From: Phyllosticta citribraziliensis
Lineage: Eukaryota
NCBI RefSeq assembly: GCF_038025025.1
Contig: NW_027117341.1
Coordinates: 372,001 to 436,000, forward strand
Length of the DNA stretch: 64,000 bases
Reading direction: 5' to 3'
Part shown: positions 1-11,958 of the stretch, piece after piece
Numbering within the stretch: position 1 is the stretch's first letter
Layout: every line of letters begins with the position of its first letter
The notes under the pieces: generated by a model
The model's input: the letters and a program-made list of their open reading frames with translations, nothing else
Databases searched by the model: none
What the model was told of the DNA's origin: nothing
Made by a program: the position numbers and the translations under genes

Positions 1-749
1 CAGGCTGGCGGCCACGACGACGAAGACGCTCTGCAGCAGGTACGACAGGAGCAGCGTGAAGCGGCGGCGCGCGCCCAGCTCGTTGACGATGCGGCTGAAG
101 AAGAAGGAGCCGCAGATGAAGGCGACGAGCGACGTCAGCGAGCGCACCCAGCCGTAGGGCTTGCTGTTTTGCCCGGAGGCGCCCAGTGCGATGAAGATTG
201 TGTTGCCGGTTTGCATCGAGACGAAGGTGCTGAATGCTGTTGCGGTCGCGGTTAGCTGGTTGTTGACATCATAAGAGAGGTGTTGTGTTTGTTTGTCTTT
301 CTGCCCCCGGCAATCACCGTCTGAGGTATGCTCGTGTCTTCCACGACCCATCGCAACCCTCGGACAAAAACGCAAGTTTGGAGACGAAGCAAAGGACAAA
401 AAAAAAAAAGAAAAAGAAAAAAAAGAGAAAAAGACGAACCATTGTACAGCGTGCTATCCGTCAAGCCCGCACAAAAGCACGTAGCCAACAACGGCACGTC
501 AACATGCGTCGTGTCAATCTCCGCCCAGACCCTGTGCCGCCAGTAGCGCCACCAGCGGCCACCGGTACCTTTCTTGGCTGTACCGTTGCTGGCGGCGCCA
601 CCGCCCGGCAGAACGGCGTCTTCCATCTGCGTCGGCGTGTGAGTGTGGTGGCTGCTGGTGGATGACGAGACGACGCCTGCGTCGGAAAGGGTGCCGTAGC
701 CATTGTTGTTGTTCGCCGGCTGGCTGCTTTTTAGCGCACGTGCGCTCAT
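1..749 (-). CDS. DUF1275/YoaK-family multi-pass membrane protein, 3' end runs off the window
   Basis: ATG 749; exon 749-440, intron 439-237 (GTTCGT...GCTAAC...CAG). Spliced protein reads LLATCFCAGLTDSTLYNAFSTFVSMQTGNTIFIALG, the DUF1275 signature (G..D....F...QTGN). Confidence 0.9.
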
Positions 750-1464
750 TTTTGGCGTGAGGTGGTGGTGACTCTTTCTTTCCTTAGGCGGGTACGTTGG
801 ATTCCTCAGGGTATGGTGCAAGGTACATGTACCTTGGCCTGTTTCGGCAGCGTCGAGTACCAGAGGGCGAGTCGCGGAGGGCGTTGCAGTGTTTTGGCAG
901 AGAAATAGTAGCAGAGAACACTACGGCGCTGCTGTCCACGATATCGGCCGAGTGTCAGTTGAGGTCTGGTTTATCGAGCCGACGATGACATGCGATGGTT
1001 CCTTTGGTGGGCTCAGATCCGATTCCGACTGCCGTGGACTGGAGTGTGCGCGTGCGCGTGCGCGGTCCGAGTGGTGCGCCTCGGGCTGTGATTGGACGGC
1101 GCGGCAGCAGTACCCTAAGGCAAGGCAGCGTCGCAGGCGAAAGAGTTGCTGACCACCACCACCGACAACGATCGTCGAACAGGTGGTCTTTTGTCAGAGT
1201 GGTTTGGAAAAGGGATTGGTCTCTCGCTTTATATCCAGAATGCCCCGCGCGTTGATACGGTCGGTTTCAAACTTCTATTCCATGTTGCTTTTCGCGGGCG
1301 GCCCTTTGGCGCCTGAAACATCTCACCCGTCTTCTTGACTCGGCCGCCTTCTGCTACTCGATTGGCATTGATAGGTATCTTGTGCCACCTTCAGTCTCTT
1401 CATGCGGGCGCTCAATCAATCCATGGAGTGTTGCCAAACCCAGCGACGAATCTTCTCCGTCGAC

Positions 1465-2900
1465 CTATCCGAAAATCACTCGATCAAAAGTCTCCACAAA
1501 CGACTTGACCTCCTCTTCCGTGTTGTAATGCACCATTGAGAACCGCACGACGCCGTGCTCGCCCGCCTGCAAAACGTCGTCGACCAGCCTCTTGCTGTAG
1601 AAATGGCCCCATCGAAACGCGAAATCCGACGCCTTCTCCACGGCCTCGACCACCTCCTTTGCGCTCCTGCCCTTGACGCCCCAACTCACCGTGGGCACGC
1701 GCTTGGCGCGGTCCGCATCGGGCACGCCGAAGATGGTAAACACGTCAGGCTTGGAGCGGAGATAGTCGAGCAAGATGCTCTGCAGGCGCTCCTCGTGCGC
1801 GGGAATGGCCGCGCCGACTCGCTCCATGTAGTCGACGACGACGGGGATGGACGCCGTGAGCTCGTAGTTTGACGCCGCCAGCGACAGCTTCTGCTCCAGC
1901 GTCTGCGAGGGGTTGAAGAAGTGCCCGAGCGACCGGACCGACGCCTCGTGCGCCGCGCGCCGCCCGTACAGCAGTGACACGTGCGGCCCGTACACCTTGT
2001 ACCACGAGAAGGTGTAGAAGTCGACGCCCAGCTCGCCCATGTCGAGGCGCGCGTGCGGCGCGTACGCCACGCCGTCGACCTGGAAGTACGCCCCGGGCAC
2101 TGTGTGCACCGTGTCGGCCAGCGCGCGGATGGGGTGAATGGTCCCCAGGATGTTGGATGCGTGCGTGCAGGTCACCAGTCTGGTCCGAGACGAGAGGAGC
2201 GGGACCAGAGACGAGGGCGTGAGGATGGGGTTTGTGGTTCCTGCTGGAACCGTCCACCATTTGAGCGTCAGGTTGCGTGCAGCGGCCAGAGCTACCCATG
2301 GAGCAATGTTGGCTTCGTGGTCCAGCGCCGACACTATGATTTCGTCGCCTGGTGAAAAGTCGAGAGCCTCTGAGAGGTTGCGGAGAAGCTGAGTTGTTGA
2401 GGCGCCGATGACTGAGGGATATGTCAGAGTCGTGGTCGATCAATCAGGATTGCTTCTTTCAGTTTGAAATGACTCGATCGAACGATGCAAAAGCAGTCCT
2501 TTCGGAGTTTTCTTTTTTTCTCCTCTTTTCCAAATAATTTCCTGGTGACATGAAGATCCAAGGGACAAGGGCTTAAGCTTCAACATTTCACTTGCTCAAC
2601 TCACCAACCTCGTCAGGGTCCGCATTGATATACTTGGCCGCAGCCTCGACACCTTTAGTGTATTTGGAAGTGGACTGCTGTCCTATATTGTAACTGGCAC
2701 CCAGTTGCACGTTTGTCGTGGTAAGATAGGACACGATGCTGTCAAAATCAGCATTTGTTTGCATATCCGATTGCTGGACGCACTCACGAGTCGACGACGT
2801 CGCCCAAAATCTGGCTCCCGCCGGCATTATCAAAAAAGAGCTGCTTCTGCTTAAGAGCAGGGAACTTGTCCCGAACCGTGGCAACATCGAAAGAAGACAT
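1465..2900 (-). CDS. Class-V PLP-dependent aminotransferase / cysteine-desulfurase-like protein (subfamily without the catalytic Cys)
   Basis: MSSFDVATVRDKFPALKQKQLFFDNAGGSQ start; two introns (~2788-2739, ~2605-2413); motifs DHEAN, HASNILG, DGVAYAPH, FSWYKVYGPH (PLP Lys), RFSMVHYNT; stop 1465. Confidence 0.9.
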
Positions 2901-2941
2901 TTTCGACTTGTTGGGGATAGGGAGACGTCGAGGGTCGTGAT

Positions 2942-3270
2942 GCGGGGTCGAGGATAAAGTCTATATATAAGCCACGGACCGGCCGCATCTCTTACGTAGG
3001 TAGGCTTTCGGTTCCACCCACTTTCCGATTGCGGTCAAGTGCGGGGTCTCGCTGTTGGGCTCTGCGCGGCTTGGTCCACTTTGCACCGAACCGCCAGCCT
3101 CCATCATCAATTCTCTGATAACCATTCTTTAACCAAGTTCTTGACTCGGGAAAGAGGTTACTTTGTCCTTATCGGTCTCTGGCTTTCTTAGATGGTCCCG
3201 AACAAGATCCGAAGACGGGGCATGGTTCTCTTCCCGAGTGCGAATCTTGTAGATGTCATGATAACTTTGG
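2942..3270 (-). promoter_or_regulatory. Promoter of the PLP enzyme: TATA box plus GATA and CreA-like sites
   Basis: TATATATAA at ~2963-2971, about 65 bp upstream of the ATG; HGATAR sites near 2953, 3117, 3168 and 3260; GCGGGG (SYGGRG) at 2942 and 3041. These motifs are short, so function is inferred. Confidence 0.4.
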
Positions 3271-3617
3271 CCACTTTAAATTCTCCAAAGTCAGGGTAAG
3301 TTAGGGGGGGGTTTTTTTTTTGACAGATACCAATTTCTTTCCCTGCTTATTGTTGAGGGATAGACCTGTGCGGAGGACGATGCGGTGCTCGGATTGCAGG
3401 GTCCAATCTCTGAAGCCTAGGGAAACATGAAGAAGATGACCTGTCGCCGTGATTCAAAGGTTGGACTCGAAGACAAGATGAAATGAAATTGGAGCGGACA
3501 ACCCAAGACGATGGTCAAGACGGGAGTTGACGTCGGGTCAGGGTGGTCCAAGCGCGGACCCATACCGCGCGCCAACCAACAACGCGTCGCCCTCAGTCCG
3601 GGTCGCAACCAGGGAGC

Positions 3618-6326
3618 ATGGACGACATTGACATTGAGCAAAACAACGACGCCTTTGCGGTCCCTGAGCTATGGCGTTCCTCGAGGTTCGCCCTCCCCGA
3701 TCTCGAATCGTCGGCCACGCTGTTCCGCGAGCCGGAGCTGGACAGTGAGTACCCGTCGCAATTCGCGTCGCAACTGCTAACGCGGCCGCAGTCAACTCCA
3801 TAGAGGTCGACAACCCATACGCGCCGTCCAAGAACCCCGAGTATAATCTTCGGCTTCCAGACCTCGAAACTTTCCAATATGGCCCTCTGGAAGACCTGGA
3901 TTCCGTCCAGGAGTCGACCGTATCGTCACTGCCAACCCAACAAACAGAGGAGAGTGAGACGATTGAAGAGGATATATGGAGGCTTGCTACGGATTTGGGT
4001 CCTGTGCATCGCGACATCAAGTTCTACACGTGGGAGTCGTTTGAGAAGCCTGGGTTCAAAGAGCCCACCCACCCATACCTCGCCGAAGCCGGCCCCGAGG
4101 CCTTCGATCAGGCTGTTGCGCAAGCCAAGGATACTCCACAACCCGTGCTATCCGGTCAAATAGTACGGACGGATGTCGTCCTCGCATCTCTGTTCAATCT
4201 GGGTCTGGGACGATCGTCGGCACTCTTCAAGTACGACAGAGATGGCAACACCTTTCTGCCAGCCATTCGCGACGCGCGGGCATCCGGACTAAGCCTGCAG
4301 TCTGCTCAGAGCTTGATCCACAACTTTGTCGAAGGCGGCTCGACGTTCCGCTATCTCAGAGACTTTGCCGAAAAGACGTTTCAATCCAACAAAGCGTTCC
4401 CCTCGCAGGTGGCGTTGGCAAATGCTGTCGGGACAATCATTTCTGTCATGGAGGACCACTTGGGTGATCAGTGGCAATCGATTCGCAGTGCACTGCAGCT
4501 CCAGCAGCTCTTGCAACGGCCGCATCGGATCTTGAGCATCGTGAGGCACTTGATCGAATCAGTCAAGTTTTCAAGGTCCAACGAGGAAATGATATCGGTT
4601 CTGTACTGGAGAGTACAGGAAATGGAGCAAGAAGATCCCCTTCTGAGGTCCATTTTCCAAGAAATTTTGAAAAGTGTCAGCGAACCTTGGCTCGAGTTTG
4701 CAGCTCAGTGGGCCGGCCTACGCCACGCTTTCAACACAGAGTTCACCCCAGAATCTGTCAAGGACACCTTTGTTCATGTCGAGGAACCAGCAGAAGATGG
4801 TCCTGACATCACGGAACACGCATACCGATCAGAGCATATGCCGGCATTTGTGTCCGATGAGGATGGCCGCATGGTGTTTGAAATTGGGAAAAGTTTGCGG
4901 TTCTTGGAGCAACACCATCCCAAACACCCCCTGTGCAAGCCGCGCTCGGTGGGTGTTGAACCGCCACCTCTGGAGTGGAAATTCGGGTGGGAAGACTTGG
5001 ACAATATTTCCGCCAAAGCCAGGCAGTACGAGAGAGATCTTGCAGATGCTGTCAGGAAGTTTGGTTCAACCAAGCGCACAGCAGAGAAAGAGCTGGATCC
5101 CAAAGCCGAACAGTCTCTACCGCCAGCTCCAACATCCCCACAGTACGAGCGCGAACTTCAAGAGACGATGGAGCTTTTCGACGAGGCCCCCCGAACTGAA
5201 GAGGTGCATGGTTCGACGACTCTACATCGACTGGTCCTTGCTTGCCTCTCCACTACCTCCACAGCAAACAACATGCACACCTTTGCGCCACCTCTTTCTC
5301 TGACCCCGTCCCTTTCTCTGGTACCACTCTTCCTCGCCCAAGCACGGCTTGTCAATGCCACCACACTCCGACTTTTCTTTCAGTCACACAATCTCCGCCT
5401 GCACATTTCAATACAACGGCAATATCAACTTCTCGGCGACGGGGTATTCATGTCTCGCCTTACTTCGGCGCTCTTCAGCCCAGATCTCGAAACGGCAGAG
5501 CGGCGACGCGGCACTGTCAGAACCGGAGCGCCAATGGGCCTCAAACTGGGCTCGCGCTCCACCAACTGGCCGCCCGCCAGCTCCGAACTGCGTCTCGCAC
5601 TGATGGGCGTGCTCAGCGAAAGCTACCAATCCTCGTCTCTCTACCACCGCTGGCAACAACAGCAGCAGCAGCAAAACGCTCACCGAGCAAAACATCCGCG
5701 CGAGACGCCCGACCTGCCCGGCAACCTCTCCTTCGCCATCCGCGTCCTGCAGCCCGCCGAAATCGACCAGGTCATGGACCCGCACTCGCTGTACGCGCTC
5801 GACTTCCTGCGCCTGCAGTACACGCCGCCCGCGCCGCTGCACCTCGTCCTCACCCCGCCCATCCTGGACAAGTACGACCAGTGCTTCCGGCTGCTGCTGC
5901 GCCTGGCGCGCATGCTCTTCGTCGTCACGCACCAACTGCCGCGGCCCTCGTCCTTTCGCACCAGGTCCAACGCCGACGCAGACGCCGACGCAACCGCCGC
6001 CCTCTTCCGCCTCGAAGCCCACCACTTCGTCACGGCCGTGTCGGCGCACTTCTTCGTCGACGGCGTCGCCGCCGCCTGGGCCCGCTTCGAGGCCGACCTC
6101 GACGCCGTCGAGCGCCGCATCGCGCTCGCCTCCGCCGCAACAGCATCGGTGCCAGCCGCCGTCGGCCTCGACGGCCTCGAGGCCCTGCGCGCCGCCCACG
6201 ACGCCGTGCTCGACAGCATCCTGTTCGCGCTGCTGCTGCGGCGCCGCCAGCGCCCGGTCATGCAGCTGCTCGAGGCCATTTTGGACGCTGTGCTTGCTTT
6301 TGCTAGGGTCGTTGGTGGTGGTGGGC

Positions 6327-6364
<38 letters not shown>

Positions 6365-6697
6365 GATGATGGGAAACGTCGTCAACGCGCCGCAGAGATC
6401 CTTCGCTTGCACGCGGCCTTCCGCGCCAAACTCGCCGTCTTTGTCAGCGTGTGTAGGGGGTTGGTCGGGAAGCGCGCGCCTGGATCCACCGCCGCCACAA
6501 CGACTGCGGGCAGCAGCAACAGTGGCGGCGGCAGTGGCGGGGCGGGTGCGAGCGCTGGCGGGAGGGCAGGCAGGTTGGGCGGGCTAGGGGGAGGCGGCGA
6601 GCCGCTGGGTGGCATTGAGCGACTGCTTCTGAGGTTGGAGATGAGTGGGTATTATGAGGGGGTGTTTGGGGGGAGTGGGGGGCGGCGGGATAGGTAG
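3618..6697 (+). CDS. GCP6: Gamma-tubulin complex component, Spc97/Spc98 family, most like GCP6/Alp16
   Basis: ATG 3618 (MDDIDIEQNNDAFAVPELW); intron 3745-3791 joins in frame to ORF 3995-6697; motifs LGLGRSSALF, LLGDGVF, WPPASSELRLAL, LDFLRLQYTPP.PL..VLT. Confidence 0.85.
6329..6361 (+). repeat. (GAC)11 coding microsatellite giving poly-Asp in GCP6
   Basis: Eleven perfect GAC units in frame. Confidence 0.9.
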
Positions 6698-6911
6698 GGG
6701 GTTGTGGTCAGAGAGGCAGACAAACAACCTTTAATGACAATTCAATAGCCACGCGCATTCTTCTACAGCTTGGTACAGCACAGCCCAACAAACACGCCAA
6801 AGCGATACAATGTGTCCGTTTGCATTTACGTATACTACTCGCCACCACCCTACAGAATTCCTCTTCCTTTTCCAAAACACCCCATCCCACCACTCACCCC
6901 ACTCACATCTC

Positions 6912-9900
6912 TCACCCCACAATCCTCACCTCCTCGCCACCCCTCTCCCGCCGACTCTCCCTCAGATCAACAAGCCGATCAATCTCCGTCTGGATAGCAA
7001 GGACCCAGTGGTCGCGCTCCGCCCTGCTGCGCGCCTTAAAAACGACGGCGGAGCCAGGGACGCCGAGCTGCGAGACGAGCTTGAAGCGGCTGCCGCCGGC
7101 GGTGTTGGAGCGGGTGGGGAGGAGAGAGGAGGTAGTGTTGGAGCGGAGGGAAGAGGTGGTGTTGTTGTTGGCGGCAGAAGAGGGGGAGGGAGCGGACGAA
7201 GCATCAGGGGCAGCGCCGCGGCGGAAAAGCGAGCGCTTGCGGCCCTGCCACAGGACGAAGCACGTCATGGCGTCCTCGTCCGTACTCGTCCAGCCATCCT
7301 CGAGATAAATGCGGGGCAGAGCCGAAGAGCCCGGCTTGCTGCTGTCGAAGGTGCGGTTGCGGTACAAGAGGTCGTTCTCAGTGAGCAGGCCGGCGTACAG
7401 GTAGACCGAGTCGCCAGCCAGGTCGATGGACGCAATGTGCTCGTGGTGGATGTGCGACAGCTGCTTGCCCGTCGCCTTGCGCAGCGAGTCCTGGAAGATG
7501 AGCAGGTGCGAGGCGGCGAGCATGACGGCGCAGCGCGTGAACGTCGCGTGCCGCCGCGGCTTGCGGTACAGCACGCCCGCCATGCGGATGCTGCGGCACT
7601 GCGCGATGCCGCAGAGGTTGTAGAGCTGCGGCGACGCGTGCGTGTGCGACACCTCCCACTTTTTGGCGTACTGCCCGACAAAGGCTTCGGCTTCTTCGTC
7701 GATGTTGAGGAGCGCCAGGTTGGCGCTGCGGACCGTCTTGTACGCTGTGATTTCTGCCGTGCTGCGGTGCTTCCAGTATTTGACGAGATCTCGGAGCCGG
7801 TGCGTCCATTCTTTTTTGGTCGTCTTGTCAAAGGCTTGCAAGCGGATTATCAGGCCGTTGCGCAGCACTAGCTCAAAGGTGCGCTCGTCGTCGAACTCGC
7901 GCGTCACGCCGTCGTCTTCGGCCGAGTCACTTACGTCCATATCAAAATCGACATCGGAGCCCTCTTCGATGTGAGCGTCCACAGCTGCGGCGCCGCGGTG
8001 AACCTTTCGGACCTTCTTGACGTTGCAAAGATTAATGTAGCCATCGCTCTTGAGGAGCAAGTCATCCTTTCGTCTACTCTCGTCTTCGGTGTCGCGATCA
8101 TGGTGCACAATAGCTGCCCGTCCGACTGGGTTCTCCTCTGAAAGCCATTCGATCTCACCATCCGTGATGGGATATGGATTGACCTGCTCCCATTAGCATC
8201 AATGACGAGCCAACTCGGAGCGACGCACCGCATAAATCAGAGGAATAGACTCGGACATGACCTTGACCGAGGGGACGTTGGTGCCATTGGCGTTTGGAAA
8301 ATGGGGCGGAGGGGGCGGCGACACCCTCGCGGGCCTCGAAAAGATCAAGAAATTGTCGTGGGTCGAAAAGTACAGCCGCTTGAAGAACATCTTCCCGAGC
8401 CTCTTGTCCACGCCCCTCTGGCTCGTCAATCTTATCAAGAAGCCTTCAATGGGCACAGGCTCCGTCAGGACGTTGTTCTTTTTGGTTTTGGCAGTCGTCG
8501 AAAAGTGGCTCTTGGGCCGCAGCTCCAGGTCGTGAGTCTTGGACATGGCGAGACAGCCATACATCTTCTTCTCGTTGGCCCCGTGAACCCACTCCAGGCG
8601 GTCATATCTCTTCCACGCCAGACCAATGCGCTCCCTTTCAGCCCACTCTCGAGCAACTGGGCCATATTCCTTAGACTTGACGAGAAGCTCGAGAGAACGC
8701 TTGATGATGTTTCGAGCCACGGCTTGTTCTTCCTGCTCGGCCTTGACAATGGCTTCTTCGTTTCCCTCGGCAGCTTTGGCGACGTCTTCAGACCCCTCGA
8801 GCTCCTGAAAGGGGTTGGTGAGGCGAAGCTGGACTTTTAAATCTGGTACGTTAATCTGAAGCTCTGATGCTCGTTGCCAGCCGAGCACCTTGCGCAAAAA
8901 TGTAAACCATTCGACCGCGCTGTGTCCAGAACGCGGCCGAATGAGATATATCCGGGTGCCTTTTCTCGAGGGCGTCCAAACAACGACAGTCTTATCCAAG
9001 GACGAATAGAGGTTGACTCGGCTGACTTTTCTGGTGAGTGGTATCTCGTACTTGGCCTTTTTTCTCGTCTTTGCGCCTTCAACGGCCGGAATAACCTACA
9101 ATTGTCAGCGCTCCAAAGGAATTTTGCGTTGGAGCTTTTTCTGGATGAGCCCCGCGTTGTATGCCAACTCACTCTCGTCTTGTATAGCTGCAACACAAAG
9201 TCTGCCCCTGAATCCTCATCATGCATATCTCTACACACGACCATGTATTCTCTCCACTTCTCCGATGTCCTCGACTCGATGCGATGCCCGGCATTCTCGT
9301 CAAACTCGTCATCGAGCTGCTCCAGCGTCGAGTCGACGCGAACAAGCATCTTGTCCATCTTGACAATGTGGCCCTGTTGGACCTTGCTACGACGCAACCG
9401 CGTCAAGCGCCGACCCGGCGCCTGTATCAGCCGCGCCTTGGCCTGAATCTCTGCCCGCTTCGACGCATCTGGGAAACTGAACTTGACCAGGCCGCGGCCA
9501 GACGGCCGTCTCTCGCGCCCCGACTCTGGAACCGAGCTCGGCCCTGCGTCTGCATCGCCACCAGTGTTAGCCCTCGGCAGCAAAGACGAAGTGGACGCAG
9601 CACCACCTGGCGAACTCGGTGGAATCTGCAGGCTGCTCTCGCCGTTTGACACGCGCGGCGCGGGACTCGTGGGCGGTGCTGGACTCGTGGGCCGCGGGCT
9701 CATCTGCGAGCCGCTTGGGATTTCCGACGCCGTGACAAACGAGCCCGTCGACGTGCGTCGCTCGACCGGCCTCTTCTTCCTTCGCGGTTTGTCGTTCGGA
9801 GAGGCGAGCGACTCGGCGTTGGGCGAGCGCGTGCGACCTTCCAGCTCCTCGCTGACGATCTCCCCGTCAGCCTGCTGCGAGCGTGGTACCACGACTGCCG

Positions 9901-10320
9901 GGCCTGGCGCTGTGCGTGCGCGCGAAGCCTCGGCATTGCGTCCAGTCTCAGATACCCCGCCATCCAGGTTGCCCGACACGTCTCGTGGTTGTGGGAAGCT
10001 CGACTTGAAGGTTCCAGCGGCGGAGCTCGCTTCGAGGCCCGAGACGCGGCGGTCAAACGACAAGACCTCGCCGGCGGAGAACGTTGCGGCGCGGGAGGAG
10101 TAGTTGATGTGAAGGTGGCGCTTGTACCAGTCGCGGCGGTGCGACTTGAGCCAGCCCTCCGGAATAGGGCCTATGAAGCAGCGGCGCGATGTGATGTAGA
10201 GATGTTCGGGAGTAGCATGTTGCTATGGCTCTGTTAGTGAGCGACAGCCGGCGAGCGTAGGACTGGGACACTGTGTACAAGACGCTGAGCGGTATACGAA
10301 TCAGGGGGTAACTCGTCCAT
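6912..10320 (-). CDS. SPO71: Spo71/Mug56-like PH-domain protein (prospore membrane, sporulation)
   Basis: MDELPPDSYTAQRL spliced to QHATPEHLYITSRRCFIGPIPEGWLKSHR; introns near 10278-10224, 9172-9097 and 8228-8184 join ORFs 8837-10063, 8199-8999 and 6912-8108; PH-type ends FKARSRAERDHWV and SAVEWFTFL. Confidence 0.85.
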
Positions 10321-11145
10321 GGTGGGTTTGCGGTGGTGGTGAGACAAAGCGTGGCGGGACAGGCCAGCGGAGGTTAGCCCAAGGGTCAAAAAGACGGCGC
10401 GCTCGCAGCGGAAGGAACAAGGCGTTTGTAGAAGGAGGAGCCGGGAGTGTTTTGAGACAGAACAGGCGCTGGGGCATTAGACATTATATCGAGGCGTTGG
10501 GTTGCGGAGGGTTGCGAGTGGAGTTGAGCAAAGCTGCAGACTGGAGCTACGCGACCTGACCAGGTTGGAGGAGGAGGAGGATGACGACGGTGCCGTGGCC
10601 GGATCCGCCCCTCAATCTCCCCCAATGCTCATCCCTCGGCCTGGTCTACGCTGGTCCAGGCCTTTGACCATACAAGACCTCGTACTGGCCGGGTTGCTGC
10701 ATTTGGAGGCGTAGAACAGCCCAAAGTACATCATTGGCGTTCGGTCTGGCGCCGCCAGGTTGGTTGGAAGAAGCCAACTCAGGTCGTTGGAGTTGCGCAT
10801 TCGGCCGTGACAATCGCACAGCCAGAAAGAGTGGTTGTTCGACTCAAGAAGAGCAAGAAGCGAGAAAAGACAAAGCGACCCTACGCCGATGAGAGAAAAT
10901 AGAAATGCAGATTCCACAAACCCCCGAGCAGTTCCCCACAAGCTGCACCCATCAATGCCAATCACTTCACTGCACCCAACCCTCGACCCCAGATCCCAGC
11001 GGCCCCGTTATCGATAAGCCGCGATCCGCAATCAACACCACGACGCCAACGGGGATCCTCTCCACATCTCCTCATCCTCTCCTCCCGTCCAACCACCATC
11101 TTCACCCTCCACCACTCCACCGAACCCTCGCCAGACCCCGCAGCC

Positions 11146-11958
11146 ATGTCCAAAATAACGCCCATCACGTCCGCCGCGCAGTTCAACACGATCCTCTCCT
11201 CGCACGCCTACACCGTCGTCGACTTCTACGCCGACTGGTGCGGGCCCTGCAAGGCCATCGCGCCCATCTACGCCGCGCTGGCCACGGCCCACGCGTCGCC
11301 CGGCCGCCTGGCCTTCGTCAAGGTCGACGTCGACGCCCACCAGGGCATTGCGCGCCAGTATGGCGTCAGCGCGTGCGTCTCTACACCTACAGATTAGATT
11401 CATCGCGATTCCCCATCTTCACTGACTGACGCTATATGTATATGAGGACACAGCATGCCAACCTTCCTCATCCTCACCCCCACCTCAACCGTGACCACCA
11501 TCCGCGGCGCCGACGCCGCCGGCCTGCGCGCCGCCGTCTCGCGCGCCGCAACCGCCGCTGCCAACGCGCCAGCTAGGGCGTCGACCGTCTTTCAGACAAA
11601 GGGCTACGTGCTGGGCGACGCCCCTTCTGCTCCTCCGAACACCACCGCCGCCTCCAACACATCCAACTCCAACACCAAAGCTTCTGGCTCCGCGTCCGCG
11701 TCAAGTTCTACCGCGGCGCCCAAGGCCGCACCCGCGGCACGAGGAGGAGGCGGCCAACGGCTCGGCGGGACGGGCACGGGGACAGGAGGAGGTTTGCTGG
11801 GCGGACTCGGCGAGTGGGCGTGGAGCGTGACGAGGCGGGGGCAGGGCGGGATGCTGGACACGGCGGCGCGGTTTGTGGGGTTGTATTTTGCGAGCTTGTT
11901 CAGCTTTGATGCGGGCAAGAGCGCGGAGGCGAGTGTTTGGAATGTTAAGAGGCGGTAG
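11146..11958 (+). CDS. Thioredoxin with long C-terminal extension and hydrophobic tail
   Basis: VVDFYADWCGPCK active site; intron ~11373-11453 (GTGCGT...CTGAC...CAG) joins YGVSA to MPTFLIL (cis-Pro loop). Confidence 0.9.

Noticed and set aside
285..665. ORF with a poly-Lys NLS-like tract
   Set aside because: It is the antisense reading of the T-rich intron of the DUF1275 gene.
3292..3311. TTAGGG-like telomere seed or telomerase-template idea
   Set aside because: Only one TTAGGG unit, merged with a G run; no TAACCCTAA template and no repeat array.
5242..7871. Long overlapping ORFs (5242-6306, 5408-6412, 6810-7871)
   Set aside because: Shadow frames of GC-rich GCP6 and SPO71; Arg/Pro/Val-rich with no motifs.
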